DNA of 34,795 nt. Source: Limisphaerales bacterium. GTDB lineage: Bacteria; Patescibacteriota; JACMRA01. This document shows positions 24,658 through 34,482 of the stretch, piece after piece; position 1 is the stretch's first letter; every line of letters begins with the position of its first letter. The stretch lies in contig JBIIDY010000002.1 of assembly GCA_044238065.1 (NCBI GenBank), positions 1-34,795 of the forward strand, read 5' to 3'. Position numbers and translations under genes: made by a program. Below the pieces are notes generated by a model. It searched no databases. It was not told the origin of the DNA and saw only the letters and a list, made by a program, of their open reading frames with translations.

Positions 24658-27600
24658 ATGTCTGAAGAATTACTACAACGAGGGTTAAACCTAAATCCTG
24701 AAAAAATAGGAACTTGGGATTTTTATAATATTGGAGCGACTACGATTAAAGCTCTGAAAAACTATAAAATTATTCCAAACAGAGACTATAAGGGCTTTGA
24801 AACACGAAAGCCAGATGGTTTAATTGTGGATAAAAAAGGTGTGATGGCGGTCGTTGAAAATAAAAACATTTCAAAATTTAAATCCTTAAAAGATAAGCAA
24901 AAGGCTGTACAGCAAGGCTTGGAAGTGGCTCAAGTTTTGGGTGCAAAAATTGTAATTGCCACTGATTCGGTTAATACTACTTGGATAAATGCTCTCAATG
25001 GTGAAGAAATTTTGGACGAAAAAGGTAGAGAAATAAAAACCGTGTTTGATCCTAAAAACCCTGATATTGCAAAATTGATTGAAAGAATGGTTGATTGTGT
25101 GAGAGTGGATAATTCAAAACTTATTGAACCAAGATTAAAAGATCCAACTAAACTGGCAAAAAGTGTCTGGCAAGATTTGTGGAGTGTGAGCGGAGCTACT
25201 CCTGAAAATTGTCTTTATACTTTTGTAGAATTGTTTATTTTTAAATATTTAAGTGATTTAGGGGTTTTAAAAGGTCGTCTTAGTTATCAATTTTTAATGG
25301 GTCAATTTCAAGAAGAAACTGAAGAAGAAGTTTTGACTTACTATGCAGATACTATTAGAAAAAGAGTAAAAGAACTGTTTCCTGCTGGAAATGATGGTAC
25401 AACAATTATCAATGGGACTATATTTGTAAGTAAAGATGATGTAGCTGTAAAAGGCTATGGTACTGTTTTTAAGAAAATTCTAGTTAAATTTGGGGATGAG
25501 CGAGAAGGTGGGGGAGAATTAACTAATATTGATAAAGATTTTAAGAGTAAACTGTTTGAAACATTTCTAAAAGAAAGTATAAGCAAGAAAAATTTAGGTC
25601 AGTTCTTTACTCCTTTAAAGGTTGTAAAAGCTATGGTGGAAATGGCAAAAAGTGAGATAAAACCAGGAATTTCTATTTGCGATCCTGCCTGCGGTGTTGG
25701 TAAATTTTTACTTGAACCTTTGATTGCTGGTGATAATATTGAACAGTTTTTTGAGGTAAAAAATGGTAAATTAAATACCAAAATAGATCTTTGGGGTGTT
25801 GATAAAGGTTTCGATAAAGATGAGCAAAGAACAATTATTTTAGCTAAAGCAAATATGTTGATATATCTTTCTGATTTAATTAGAAAGCACAGTGATATTA
25901 CCCCGCAGTTTGCTGAATTTTTTAACAAATCTTTTGAACTGAAAAACAAAAATATTTTAGGAACTCTTCAAGACACCAAAAAAGATGAGTTTGATTTAAT
26001 TTTAGCCAACCCACCGTATGTAACCAGTGGTAGTAGCAATCTAAAAGACGAAATAGCTAAAAATGGAGATTTGCAAGCCTATTACAAAATTAACGGAATG
26101 GGCGTGGAAGGTTTATTTATGGAATGGATAATTAGAGCTTTAAAACCTGGTGGCAAGGCTTTTATTGTAGTTCCAGATGGTATTTTTAATCGTCAAAATG
26201 ACAAAAATCTGAGACAATTTATTATTGACGAATGTTTTATTGATGGCATTATTTCTTTGCCAATTAAAACTTTCTTTACTACCCCAAAAAAAACCTATAT
26301 TTTAGCTATCACAAAAAAGCAAAACAAATCTGAAATTCAAAAAGACCCAGTATTTACCTACTTAGTAAGTGAGGTTGGTGAAAGTAGAGATATTTACAGA
26401 TTTGATATTGAGCAGAATGATTTGCAAAAAGCAGTTGAGCTATTTAATGCATTCAAATTTAGTAAAGATTATTTTGTAAAAAACAATATAGATACAAGAT
26501 GTAAGTTACAACCCTTTGAGAGGCTTAACCCTGAAGACAATTGGACAGTAGAAAAATGGTGGTCAACAGAAGAACAAATTGAGCTTGGTATCTTAGAAAA
26601 AGATAAAACTATAGCATTTGAAGAGGTTCCAGCTTTACTTGATGAAATAGCTGAAAATATTTTAAGCTTTAAAGAGGAAATTAACGAGCTAAGTCAAAAA
26701 AAAAAGATTGAAATAGGCCTCCAAGAATATAAAATTGAAGATTTGTTTGATTTAAATATCAAAACCAATACTAGTAAGTTTACTAAAAGTTTTGTAGAAC
26801 AAAATAAGGGAAATATTCCAGTTTATTCAGCTTCTAAATTTGAAGATACCCCAGATTATGGATATGTAAAAGACAATTTATTAGGTATAAAATATTTTGA
26901 AGATTGTTTGACTTGGAATATTGATGGTTCTATTGGTAAAGCTTTTATCAGAAAGGGAAGGTTCAGTTTATCAGAAAAAGTAATACCTTTGGTTTTAAGA
27001 GAAAAATTTAAAGAAAAATTTAATCTAAAGTTTTTGAAATATGAAATAGAAAATGAATTTGCTAAAAAGGGTTTTGATTTTTCAAACAAGGCTGGTAAAG
27101 GTAAGATAAAAGACATTTTGATTGAAATACCTATCTCTCAAAGCGGTGAAATTGACTATGAAAAACAACAAGAAATCATTGAAAAATACGAATACACTGA
27201 AAAACTAAAACAAAAAATTGAAGAATATAAAAAACAAATTAAAGAAATACAAGTTGAGATTACTAATGATTATGAGGTAAAAATTATTAAAATAGGGAGT
27301 ATTTTTGACTTTAAAAAAGGTACTAATGAGTTTAATAAAACAAAAATAGAGTTAGAAAAAGGCAAGTATCCTGTTTATTCTGGGCAAACTTTAAATAATG
27401 GAATTATTGGATTTTCTAATAAATGGCAATACGATGGTGAATTTATAAGAATTACTACCGTTGGAGTTAATGCTGGGTATGTTGATCTTGTAAAAAGTAA
27501 ATTTTCGCTGGCTCAGAATAATGGCATTCTAATCAAAAACACAAATATAAATTTTCTAGATATAAACTATATCTTTTTATCTTTAAAAATAAAAACTGAC

Positions 27601-27804
27601 GGACTTGCAAAGGGTGACAGTCAAAAAAGTCTATTAAAATCACAAATATTGGAAATACAAATCCCAATCCCAGTAATACCATCAGGTGAATTTGACTTAG
27701 AGGCTCAACAAGAAATCGCCAGTAAATACCAAAAAATAGAGCAAATCAAACAAAGTATTTTAGTAGAGCTTGATAAAATATCAAAAACTGAAATTGAATT
27801 GTAA
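24658..27804 (+). CDS. Single-polypeptide restriction-modification-specificity enzyme (type IIB AloI/CjeI-like architecture): N-terminal PD-(D/E)xK nuclease, gamma-class N6-adenine MTase and two HsdS-like TRDs
   Basis: The nuclease motif is RKPD(53)GLIVDKKGVMAVVE(67)NK(69). The MTase motifs are GQFFTP (X), ICDPACGVGKFLLE (I) and LILANPPY (IV, aa 448-454). There are two HsdS-type target-recognition domains (aa ~690-830 and ~875-1010). Each TRD is followed by a conserved helical spacer (EIDYEKQQEIIEKYE and EFDLEAQQEIASKYQ). Confidence 0.8.
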   Translation: MSEELLQRGLNLNPEKIGTWDFYNIGATTIKALKNYKIIPNRDYKGFETRKPDGLIVDKKGVMAVVENKNISKFKSLKDKQKAVQQGLEVAQVLGAKIVIATDSVNTTWINALNGEEILDEKGREIKTVFDPKNPDIAKLIERMVDCVRVDNSKLIEPRLKDPTKLAKSVWQDLWSVSGATPENCLYTFVELFIFKYLSDLGVLKGRLSYQFLMGQFQEETEEEVLTYYADTIRKRVKELFPAGNDGTTIINGTIFVSKDDVAVKGYGTVFKKILVKFGDEREGGGELTNIDKDFKSKLFETFLKESISKKNLGQFFTPLKVVKAMVEMAKSEIKPGISICDPACGVGKFLLEPLIAGDNIEQFFEVKNGKLNTKIDLWGVDKGFDKDEQRTIILAKANMLIYLSDLIRKHSDITPQFAEFFNKSFELKNKNILGTLQDTKKDEFDLILANPPYVTSGSSNLKDEIAKNGDLQAYYKINGMGVEGLFMEWIIRALKPGGKAFIVVPDGIFNRQNDKNLRQFIIDECFIDGIISLPIKTFFTTPKKTYILAITKKQNKSEIQKDPVFTYLVSEVGESRDIYRFDIEQNDLQKAVELFNAFKFSKDYFVKNNIDTRCKLQPFERLNPEDNWTVEKWWSTEEQIELGILEKDKTIAFEEVPALLDEIAENILSFKEEINELSQKKKIEIGLQEYKIEDLFDLNIKTNTSKFTKSFVEQNKGNIPVYSASKFEDTPDYGYVKDNLLGIKYFEDCLTWNIDGSIGKAFIRKGRFSLSEKVIPLVLREKFKEKFNLKFLKYEIENEFAKKGFDFSNKAGKGKIKDILIEIPISQSGEIDYEKQQEIIEKYEYTEKLKQKIEEYKKQIKEIQVEITNDYEVKIIKIGSIFDFKKGTNEFNKTKIELEKGKYPVYSGQTLNNGIIGFSNKWQYDGEFIRITTVGVNAGYVDLVKSKFSLAQNNGILIKNTNINFLDINYIFLSLKIKTDGLAKGDSQKSLLKSQILEIQIPIPVIPSGEFDLEAQQEIASKYQKIEQIKQSILVELDKISKTEIEL

Positions 27805-28374
27805 AACCTGATTTTATGAGTTGCTCCAAACTAAACTACCAAACTTATTTTGCAAATACCATTGAGAAAGCAACCAGCTTAAACTTGTGGATGGCGAGTG
27901 GCAGTGGCAAAAATTTAATGTAGATATTTCTGAGCTAATTTGGACAAGAAACTTTTTTGATGGTTATTTGATCCGTATTTATGATTTGGATTACCACCTT
28001 TTGTGTAGTTTGAAAATTGGCTGGGAATGTAAAAATTTAGAACCTGGCCAAATAAAAATTGAAGTAGAAAATAATGTTTTTGATAATGCTTAAAAAAAAT
28101 ATAAAAACTTAACAAACAGCAATCTCCCAAATTCAAGAAATAGAAAAAAAGATTGAGGTTTTGAATGAAATTTTGAACTCGGTAAAATGCCAAAAAACTG
28201 TGAACAAATTTCGCTAAAAATTCCAAAATTGAATAACAAAAATTAGCACCAATTTTTAGGAATATGTGCATTACCAAGCAATGAATAGTATCTTCTGAAA
28301 AGATTAAATTTTATAAATAATCCAAAAAGACCGCATCTATTTGCCGGGTAAGTTAATTTTTTTGATTCAAAACT

Positions 28375-29505
28375 CTATTCCTCTTCAATTTCTTCTATAT
28401 CTTCGTCGTCTTCATCTTCATCAGATTTTGGATTATAAGATTGACCCGCTTTGATTTTTTCCTTAAATTTGGCGATGATTAAGTCTTTAGCTTGGTATTT
28501 TTCTTCTGGGTGAGCGTTGAGCCAGTTGAGTGCGTTGTTTCTACCAACTCCCATTTTGTGATCAGTGCCATCAATGTTGAGAGAGTAAGTATTGCCATTC
28601 TTTTGAATTACATCGTAAGTTGGGCCAATATCCACGATTTCTCCAGCCAAAGAAAAAATCCCTGGTTCGCCAAACATCATGTCAGTTTCCACAATTTTGA
28701 AAGGTGGTGCCATTTTATTCTTGATAACCTTGACTTTAATTTTCATTCCCACATCCTCCGTGCCATCTTTGAGCATGGCGACTTTGCGAACATCGAGGCG
28801 AACCGATGAATAAAATTTGAGAGCTTGTCCGCCAGTTGTGGTCTCGGGGTTGCCAAACATTACGCCAATTTTGAGACGAATTTGGTTGATAAAAATGACA
28901 ATTGTGTTAGATTTACTAATAGCTCCGGTCAATTTGCGAAGGGCTTGGGACATAAGTCTTGCCTGAACACCCATTTGGGAATCTCCCATGTTTCCTTCAA
29001 TTTCACTGCGAGGAACCAGGGCAGCTACCGAGTCAATAACGATCACGTCAAAAGCGTTGGAGCGAACCAGATTATCAACGATTTCCAAAGCCTCTTCACC
29101 GTTACCGGGCTGGCTAACATACAAGTCATCAATATTCACTCCAAATTTGGTTGCCCAAGAAGAGTCAAAAGCGTGTTCAGCATCAATAAAAGCGGCAATT
29201 CCACCATTTTTTTGAGATTGTGCGATAGTTGACAAGGCAAGGCTAGTTTTACCGCTACTTTCTGGGCCAAAAATTTCTATAATTCTACCGTGTGGCAGTC
29301 CACCGATACCGATTGCAAGATCAACAGAAAGCGAGCCAGTGGAGGTAACTTTGACATCAAGGTTGGCGTTTTGATTCATTTTCATGATACTGCCCGCACC
29401 AAAAGTACTGGTAATTTGTTTGGTTATCAATTCCGCCATTTTTAGCTTTTCAGCTGCATTTGTTGGCATTGGATTGTCAGTAGTTGTGGTTGTTTTTTTG
29501 GCCAT
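28375..29505 (-). CDS. recA: Recombinase RecA
   Basis: It has the Walker A motif [12 protein letters not shown], plus [12 protein letters not shown] and [18 protein letters not shown]...[14 protein letters not shown], and an acidic tail. Confidence 0.97.
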   Translation of the reverse strand: MAKKTTTTTDNPMPTNAAEKLKMAELITKQITSTFGAGSIMKMNQNANLDVKVTSTGSLSVDLAIGIGGLPHGRIIEIFGPESSGKTSLALSTIAQSQKNGGIAAFIDAEHAFDSSWATKFGVNIDDLYVSQPGNGEEALEIVDNLVRSNAFDVIVIDSVAALVPRSEIEGNMGDSQMGVQARLMSQALRKLTGAISKSNTIVIFINQIRLKIGVMFGNPETTTGGQALKFYSSVRLDVRKVAMLKDGTEDVGMKIKVKVIKNKMAPPFKIVETDMMFGEPGIFSLAGEIVDIGPTYDVIQKNGNTYSLNIDGTDHKMGVGRNNALNWLNAHPEEKYQAKDLIIAKFKEKIKAGQSYNPKSDEDEDDEDIEEIEEE

Positions 29506-29896
29506 AATTAGGTTGGGTTTTTTGTAATTTTGTAAAAGATAAACAAACTATTTGATGATGCATTAAAGATATTTGGTCAAAAGTTTAATTCACAGTTTTG
29601 GTAAATTAGCGTTTAAATTAGTTCCATTTACTGGTTTTAGTTACCTGTTTTTGGTTGATTTTTACTTTGGAAATCGAGGTTTTAAAAATTTTTTAAAATG
29701 ATGTGATTTCAAGTATTTTCACCAAAGATAAAACAATAAATAAAACAACAAGCAAAACTAGAAATTAGCCTTATCAAGACAAGAATAAAAAAGGTAATTT
29801 ATCAGGAAACTTAATCGTGAAATTAGTTTTTTGTGAGAAATGGGAAATGGAAATTGTTCTAAAAATAGTGAATCATCCTGCAGTTTTGAGTTAATT

Positions 29897-30307
29897 TTAT
29901 TGACCGCTGGCAGCTTGAAGCATTCCCATAAGATCGCCCATCGCTCCACTTTCTTGCATTTTTTTAACGACTTCACCTTGAACTTTGCTGATAGCATCTT
30001 GCACAGCCTCAATAATGGAACTTGCCATAAATTTTTGCCCACGAGAATTCAAATCTGCACTCCTTGTAGAATCAGTCTCGTCTTTAGCCAATTTAAAAAA
30101 GTTTTCATAAACGAAAATCACCAAATTTGGGTCAATAACGATGTCTAAAATAGTCTGATCACCGCGAACTTTAACTGTAACTTTACCATTTTTGCTGGTT
30201 CCAGTTACCACGATTTCGTTAAGAAGTTTTTGAAGTTTGTCTTGTTGAGCTTTGAGTTTGAGAGCGTTTGCGGCTGCACTGCCTGCATTTTGAAGATTTT
30301 GAAGCAT
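29897..30307 (-). CDS. ybaB: YbaB/EbfC-family nucleoid-associated protein
   Basis: LKLKAQQDKLQKLLNEIVVTGTSKNGKVTVKVRGDQTILDIVIDPNLV matches the YbaB pattern (MQ..Q.E......V.G.SG.GLVKVT.NG......V.IDPSL). Confidence 0.8.
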   Translation of the reverse strand: MLQNLQNAGSAAANALKLKAQQDKLQKLLNEIVVTGTSKNGKVTVKVRGDQTILDIVIDPNLVIFVYENFFKLAKDETDSTRSADLNSRGQKFMASSIIEAVQDAISKVQGEVVKKMQESGAMGDLMGMLQAASGQ

Positions 30308-30621
30308 AAAAAAAATTAAAAAGTAAATGTGAAAAAGGGTAAAAAATAATTTAGGAAATTGCCAAAAATTTCAAGTTTATTATGAAAATTGCCAATACTG
30401 AAAGCATCAAATAAAATTTAATTTGTGTCAAATGAATAAATCAAAGTCAAAATAAAGGTTAAAACAAACTCATATTTTTCAGCTTAAAATAAAGGCTTTA
30501 TCGCTACTAAAATAAAAATTGTCAAAGTTCCAAGCAAAATTAATTTTTTCTATTCTGGTTCTAAAAGCAGGTCTTCTTGATTTCACTTGGTTTTTACAAC
30601 AGTCTCAAAAAATAAAATTAT

Positions 30622-30706
30622 GTAAAATTTTCAGGTTTTGGAAAAGTGTTTAGATTTCAAAAAGTTTCACCAAAATAAGTCAAAAACGGGTTTTGGAAAA
30701 GTGAAG
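30622..30706 (-). repeat. ~85-bp dispersed repeat, copy B (inverted relative to 16661-16743)
   Basis: See copy A. It contains an internal direct repeat ggttttggaaaagtg at both ends. Confidence 0.8.
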
Positions 30707-30711
30707 GTAAT

Positions 30712-31293
30712 TCACAACCTCTCTGGAAACTGATACATTGAGTTATTATTTAAATAAATAATATGGTCGATGAAACCCAGATTTTTAGCTTCTATTGCTG
30801 AAATATATTTAGTTAAAGGGAACATTTCTTTGAATTTGTCATAAGTAATTTTAGTTCTCCAAGTTGTTAATTCTATAAATTGCAGATGTGATTCTTTTTG
30901 AAAAGCTCCATAGTCCTCAAATTCGTCAAAATAAATTGGATTTTTGACAGTGTGTGAACTAGAATGGATCTTAAAACGAGAAAGTTTCGTTGCGTACCTA
31001 TTTTTCCCAGCTTGTAAAATCATAAAAGCAGCTGAACCACACCAAGAATCAACTAAAATGTTGACATCTTTTTTAGAATTCTGAATATGTTCAAAAAGAG
31101 CAAAAGCTGGTAGTAAATTTCCTCCGCCACTACAAATAGTCAATAAAATTTCATTTATATTCTCATCTAGGTTGGCTTTATCAATATCAGCAATAACTTT
31201 TTGACAGGAAGTATAATTAACCTCATCAAATAAATAAGTAAAATAAGTTTTAGAATGATAAATTTGATTTTGGAAAATTTCTAAATCGGACAT
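30712..31293 (-). CDS. ClpP-family (S14) serine-protease-like protein, divergent and solitary
   Basis: ILLTICSGGGNLLPAFALFEHIQNSKKDVNILVDSWCGSAAFMILQAGKNRYATKLSRFKIHSS aligns with ClpP [48 protein letters not shown]...RVMIHQP. The catalytic Ser and His positions are kept. The Asp position is not obviously kept. Confidence 0.6.
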   Translation of the reverse strand: MSDLEIFQNQIYHSKTYFTYLFDEVNYTSCQKVIADIDKANLDENINEILLTICSGGGNLLPAFALFEHIQNSKKDVNILVDSWCGSAAFMILQAGKNRYATKLSRFKIHSSSHTVKNPIYFDEFEDYGAFQKESHLQFIELTTWRTKITYDKFKEMFPLTKYISAIEAKNLGFIDHIIYLNNNSMYQFPERL

Positions 31294-31424
31294 AAAAAAA
31301 ATCGCAATATTCCACGATTATAAATAAATTTTAATTATGAGTAATAATAAGTCTTTTACTTTTTTTATCCTTTTTGTTTCATTGTTTTCCAGTGTTTTAT
31401 TAATTTTTAATTTCATATTTAAAG

Positions 31425-31510
31425 TGGTGCCGCGGGAGAGACTCGAACTCTCACACTATTGCTAGCATTGGATTTTGAGTCCAACGTGTCTACCATTCCA
31501 CCACCACGGC
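31425..31510 (-). tRNA. tRNA-Leu (anticodon CAA), type II with long variable arm, CCA encoded
   Basis: The reverse complement folds as GCCGTGG/CCGCGGC acceptor, anticodon arm TTGGA-CTCAAAA-TCCAA, a 15-nt variable arm and T arm GAGAG-TTCGAGT-CTCTC, ending ACCA. Total length is 86 nt. Confidence 0.9.
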
Positions 31511-31657
31511 TTTAAAATTTATGCTATTTTGAGGCTGATTTTTTAAATTTTTACAATATTTTGTTTGACCTATTTTTAACTAATTTTGTAAAATCTTTTG
31601 ATTTTTTTGATAGTTTTTTTTCTTAAAACATTCTTATTTAGAATTATCAAATATATT

Positions 31658-31733
31658 TGGTGGTCCCGATGGGATTCGAACCCATGACCAAAGGATTAAA
31701 AGTCCTCTGCTCTACCAGCTGAGCTACAGAACC
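31658..31733 (-). tRNA. tRNA-Lys (anticodon UUU), CCA encoded
   Basis: The reverse complement is GGTTCTGTAGCTCAGCTGGTAGAGCAGAGGACTTTTAATCCTTTGGTCATGGGTTCGAATCCCATCGGGACCACCA. It folds as a canonical 76-nt cloverleaf with anticodon loop CTTTTAA. Confidence 0.92.
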
Positions 31734-32329
31734 AGAATTTTTAAAGACAAATGTTAATGTAGTTATTTTTTGAAGTCAAAACACATAACTAACCTTGACT
31801 AATTGACACATATTTTGTTTTTTTTGTCAAGTAATTTTATTTTCAGGTTTAGAAAATTTCAGTTTTTATCATAAAAATTTCCCTTTATTTCGTGGTTTTA
31901 GCAAAAATTACAACTATAAATTCACCAGTATTTTTTTCATTTTTGAGTAATTATTTTTTGAATTTCACCATCAATTATTCTGACAAATTAACTCTAGGAA
32001 AACTAGGAAACCATCAGCCTTATTCCTTCAAACAGAAGCTAGATTTAAAAATTTAACAAACTTTTTCCAAAAAATATCATTGAACAATTGTGATTATCTG
32101 TTAATTAACTCTAAAAAATTACGTTCAACAAAAATTTCTATTTCTAAAAATTGACAAAATTAAGTTTTACTAGTTATTTTTTGAGTAATCTTTAAGTTAC
32201 TTTTTTGCCATTTCCAATTCTTTTTTTCACCGCTTTTGCTGAAAATTTAAATTTAGTCTCGCCAAAAGTTCCACAATTTCCGCTGAAGAATTTAACCTTT
32301 AAATTTCACACTTGATTTTCTATATTTTT

Positions 32330-34123
32330 ATGAATATTTCTCTGCTTCAAAACTTGCCTAAAACTTCCAAAATTGCTTTGATTGGATTAGGGGCTGAAAA
32401 TTTACAGTTCCTCACTTGGCTAATAAAAACAGTCAAAATAAACCCAGATCAAATCGTCATCGCTGACCAAAAATTACCAAATCTGGAAAACCAAGAAATT
32501 CTAAAAGAGTTGAAAATTCCTGAAATAAACAAAGTTTTTGGTGATAATTATCTGGGCATTTTGGCAAGTTCTGTGGATGAAGATCCCAACTTAATCAAAA
32601 ATCCCCAGTCCAAAAATTCCGAAATTAGCAAAAATCTGGAAATAAAATATGTTTTCAAGTCCCCCGGTATTTGGAGTTTGAAGACCGAATTTGTTAGTTT
32701 TCGTAGTCTTAATGGGCAGGACAGTGTTTTGAGTCCATTGGTTTTCTTTCTTGCCAAATTTCGAGACCAGATTATTGGCGTGACTGGCACCAAAGGTAAA
32801 ACGACCACCAGCAGTTTAATCACGCATTTATTGACCAAAAAGGGATTTTCTGTGAATTATTGCGGCAATACGACTGGAATTTCACCCTACAATTTTTGGA
32901 CAGATTTAGAAAGTATTGTTGATGAAAATGTTTATTTTGTCGTAGAATTATCATCTTTTCAGCTTCAAGATTTAGGTTTTTCTAAGATTTCCCCCAAAGT
33001 GGCAGTGATTACTAATTATTTTGTGGATCATCTGGATCAGCATGGCAATAAAGAGGAATACTGGCAAAGTAAAAATCAGCTATTTCTCCACCAGTTGTCG
33101 GGTGATTTTTTAGTTGCGAATGACCAGATTAGTCCATTAATTCCTTCCAAAATAGTAAATAACTCAACCCAAATTCTGGTCAATTCCGAAATGGTTCAAG
33201 CGATTAATTCCCAAATTTCTCACGAGCTTATCGGCGAGCATAACCAAATCAATCTAAGTTTAGCTGTTTTGACCGTTCAAATTATTACCAAAATTGTTGC
33301 TAAAGTCAACCAAAAACCAAACACAATTGAAAATGAAAATGCACCTGAAACAAATTTTTTACTCAACGATTTTACAGACTTGATTGAAGATTTGGCTTAT
33401 TATTCCATTCTTTTGAGAGATTTTCAAAATGTCCAGCACCGCTTGGAACTAGTCAAAACTAAAAATTTTAAAACTGTAAAAGAGTTAGAAAACAATGAGT
33501 TAACGGTGAAATTTTGGGATGATGGGGCAGCTACTGAGCCGGATGCTGTGATCGCCTGTGTCAAATCCTTGACGGAAAATAACCAAAAACTGTGGCTATG
33601 GCTCACGGGCGTGGATAAAGGTGGAAATTTGGATGAACTAGCGGAAATACTATTGACAAAAATAACTAAAAACGAGGTTTGGAAAATCACTTTATGCGGG
33701 CAAGTTGGGCAAAATCTGTGGCAAAAAATCCTTGAAATTCAACAAAACCAAAGTGGAAATCAAACTGAAAATCAAACTGAAAAATTTGGAAAGCTGGAAA
33801 AATCACAAAAGGAAAATTTGGAAAGCTGGAAAAATGACTGGAAAAATAGGATAATTTTGGCAAAAAGTTTCAGGGAATGTTTGAATAGCTTAAATTTTGT
33901 AATGGAAATCGCATCTTTTGAAAATTTTTACAATGGTAATTTAGAAATGGAATCAAGTGTAAATTTGGTTGAAAATCTAACTAAAAACTTGGAAAATTCT
34001 AATTTAGCGAACCAAAAAATGGTTTTAAATATCGCCTTGTCGCCGGTTGGTTCCTCTTTTGATGAATTTAGTAATTATAAAGAGCGTAGTCAGTTTTGGC
34101 TCAATTGGATTGCTAAAATTTGA
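32330..34123 (+). CDS. murD: UDP-N-acetylmuramoylalanine--D-glutamate ligase MurD, expanded by low-complexity insertions
   Basis: IALIGLGAEN, IIGVTGTKGKTTT, VVELSSFQLQDL, VITNYFVDHLDQHG, GEHNQINLSLAV, HRLELV and LSPVGSSFDEFSNYKERSQFW match Mur ligase and MurD motifs. I prefer the ATG at 32330. Confidence 0.8.
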   Translation: MNISLLQNLPKTSKIALIGLGAENLQFLTWLIKTVKINPDQIVIADQKLPNLENQEILKELKIPEINKVFGDNYLGILASSVDEDPNLIKNPQSKNSEISKNLEIKYVFKSPGIWSLKTEFVSFRSLNGQDSVLSPLVFFLAKFRDQIIGVTGTKGKTTTSSLITHLLTKKGFSVNYCGNTTGISPYNFWTDLESIVDENVYFVVELSSFQLQDLGFSKISPKVAVITNYFVDHLDQHGNKEEYWQSKNQLFLHQLSGDFLVANDQISPLIPSKIVNNSTQILVNSEMVQAINSQISHELIGEHNQINLSLAVLTVQIITKIVAKVNQKPNTIENENAPETNFLLNDFTDLIEDLAYYSILLRDFQNVQHRLELVKTKNFKTVKELENNELTVKFWDDGAATEPDAVIACVKSLTENNQKLWLWLTGVDKGGNLDELAEILLTKITKNEVWKITLCGQVGQNLWQKILEIQQNQSGNQTENQTEKFGKLEKSQKENLESWKNDWKNRIILAKSFRECLNSLNFVMEIASFENFYNGNLEMESSVNLVENLTKNLENSNLANQKMVLNIALSPVGSSFDEFSNYKERSQFWLNWIAKI

Positions 34124-34251
34124 CATCTAGAACTCCAATCAGCTTTCAGATAATCGTGATTTTGCTAGATTTAATAACCTCAATTCTTTGATTGAATTCA
34201 CAGAAAATTAAGAACTTTATTTGATAATTGGTATTACTACTAAAAAACTAA

Positions 34252-34479
<228 letters not shown>

Positions 34480-34482
34480 TAG

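Noticed and set aside
27805-28374. Small ORFs downstream of the type IIB enzyme (ATG at 27815 giving ~34 aa, 27887-28093 giving 68 aa in another frame, and 27915-28277 on the minus strand)
   Set aside because: They are possibly one frameshifted ~95-aa gene, but there are no motifs, the starts are non-ATG and the sequence is low-complexity. The evidence is insufficient to call.
28492-29232. Plus-strand ORFs opposite recA, and 29758-30148 ORFs overlapping ybaB
   Set aside because: They are antisense or alternate-frame shadows of strongly conserved genes.
31346-31470. 41-codon hydrophobic ORF (MSNNKSFTFFILFVSLF...) running into tRNA-Leu
   Set aside because: It overlaps the tRNA gene antisense and is composed of T-rich spacer sequence, so it is probably spurious.
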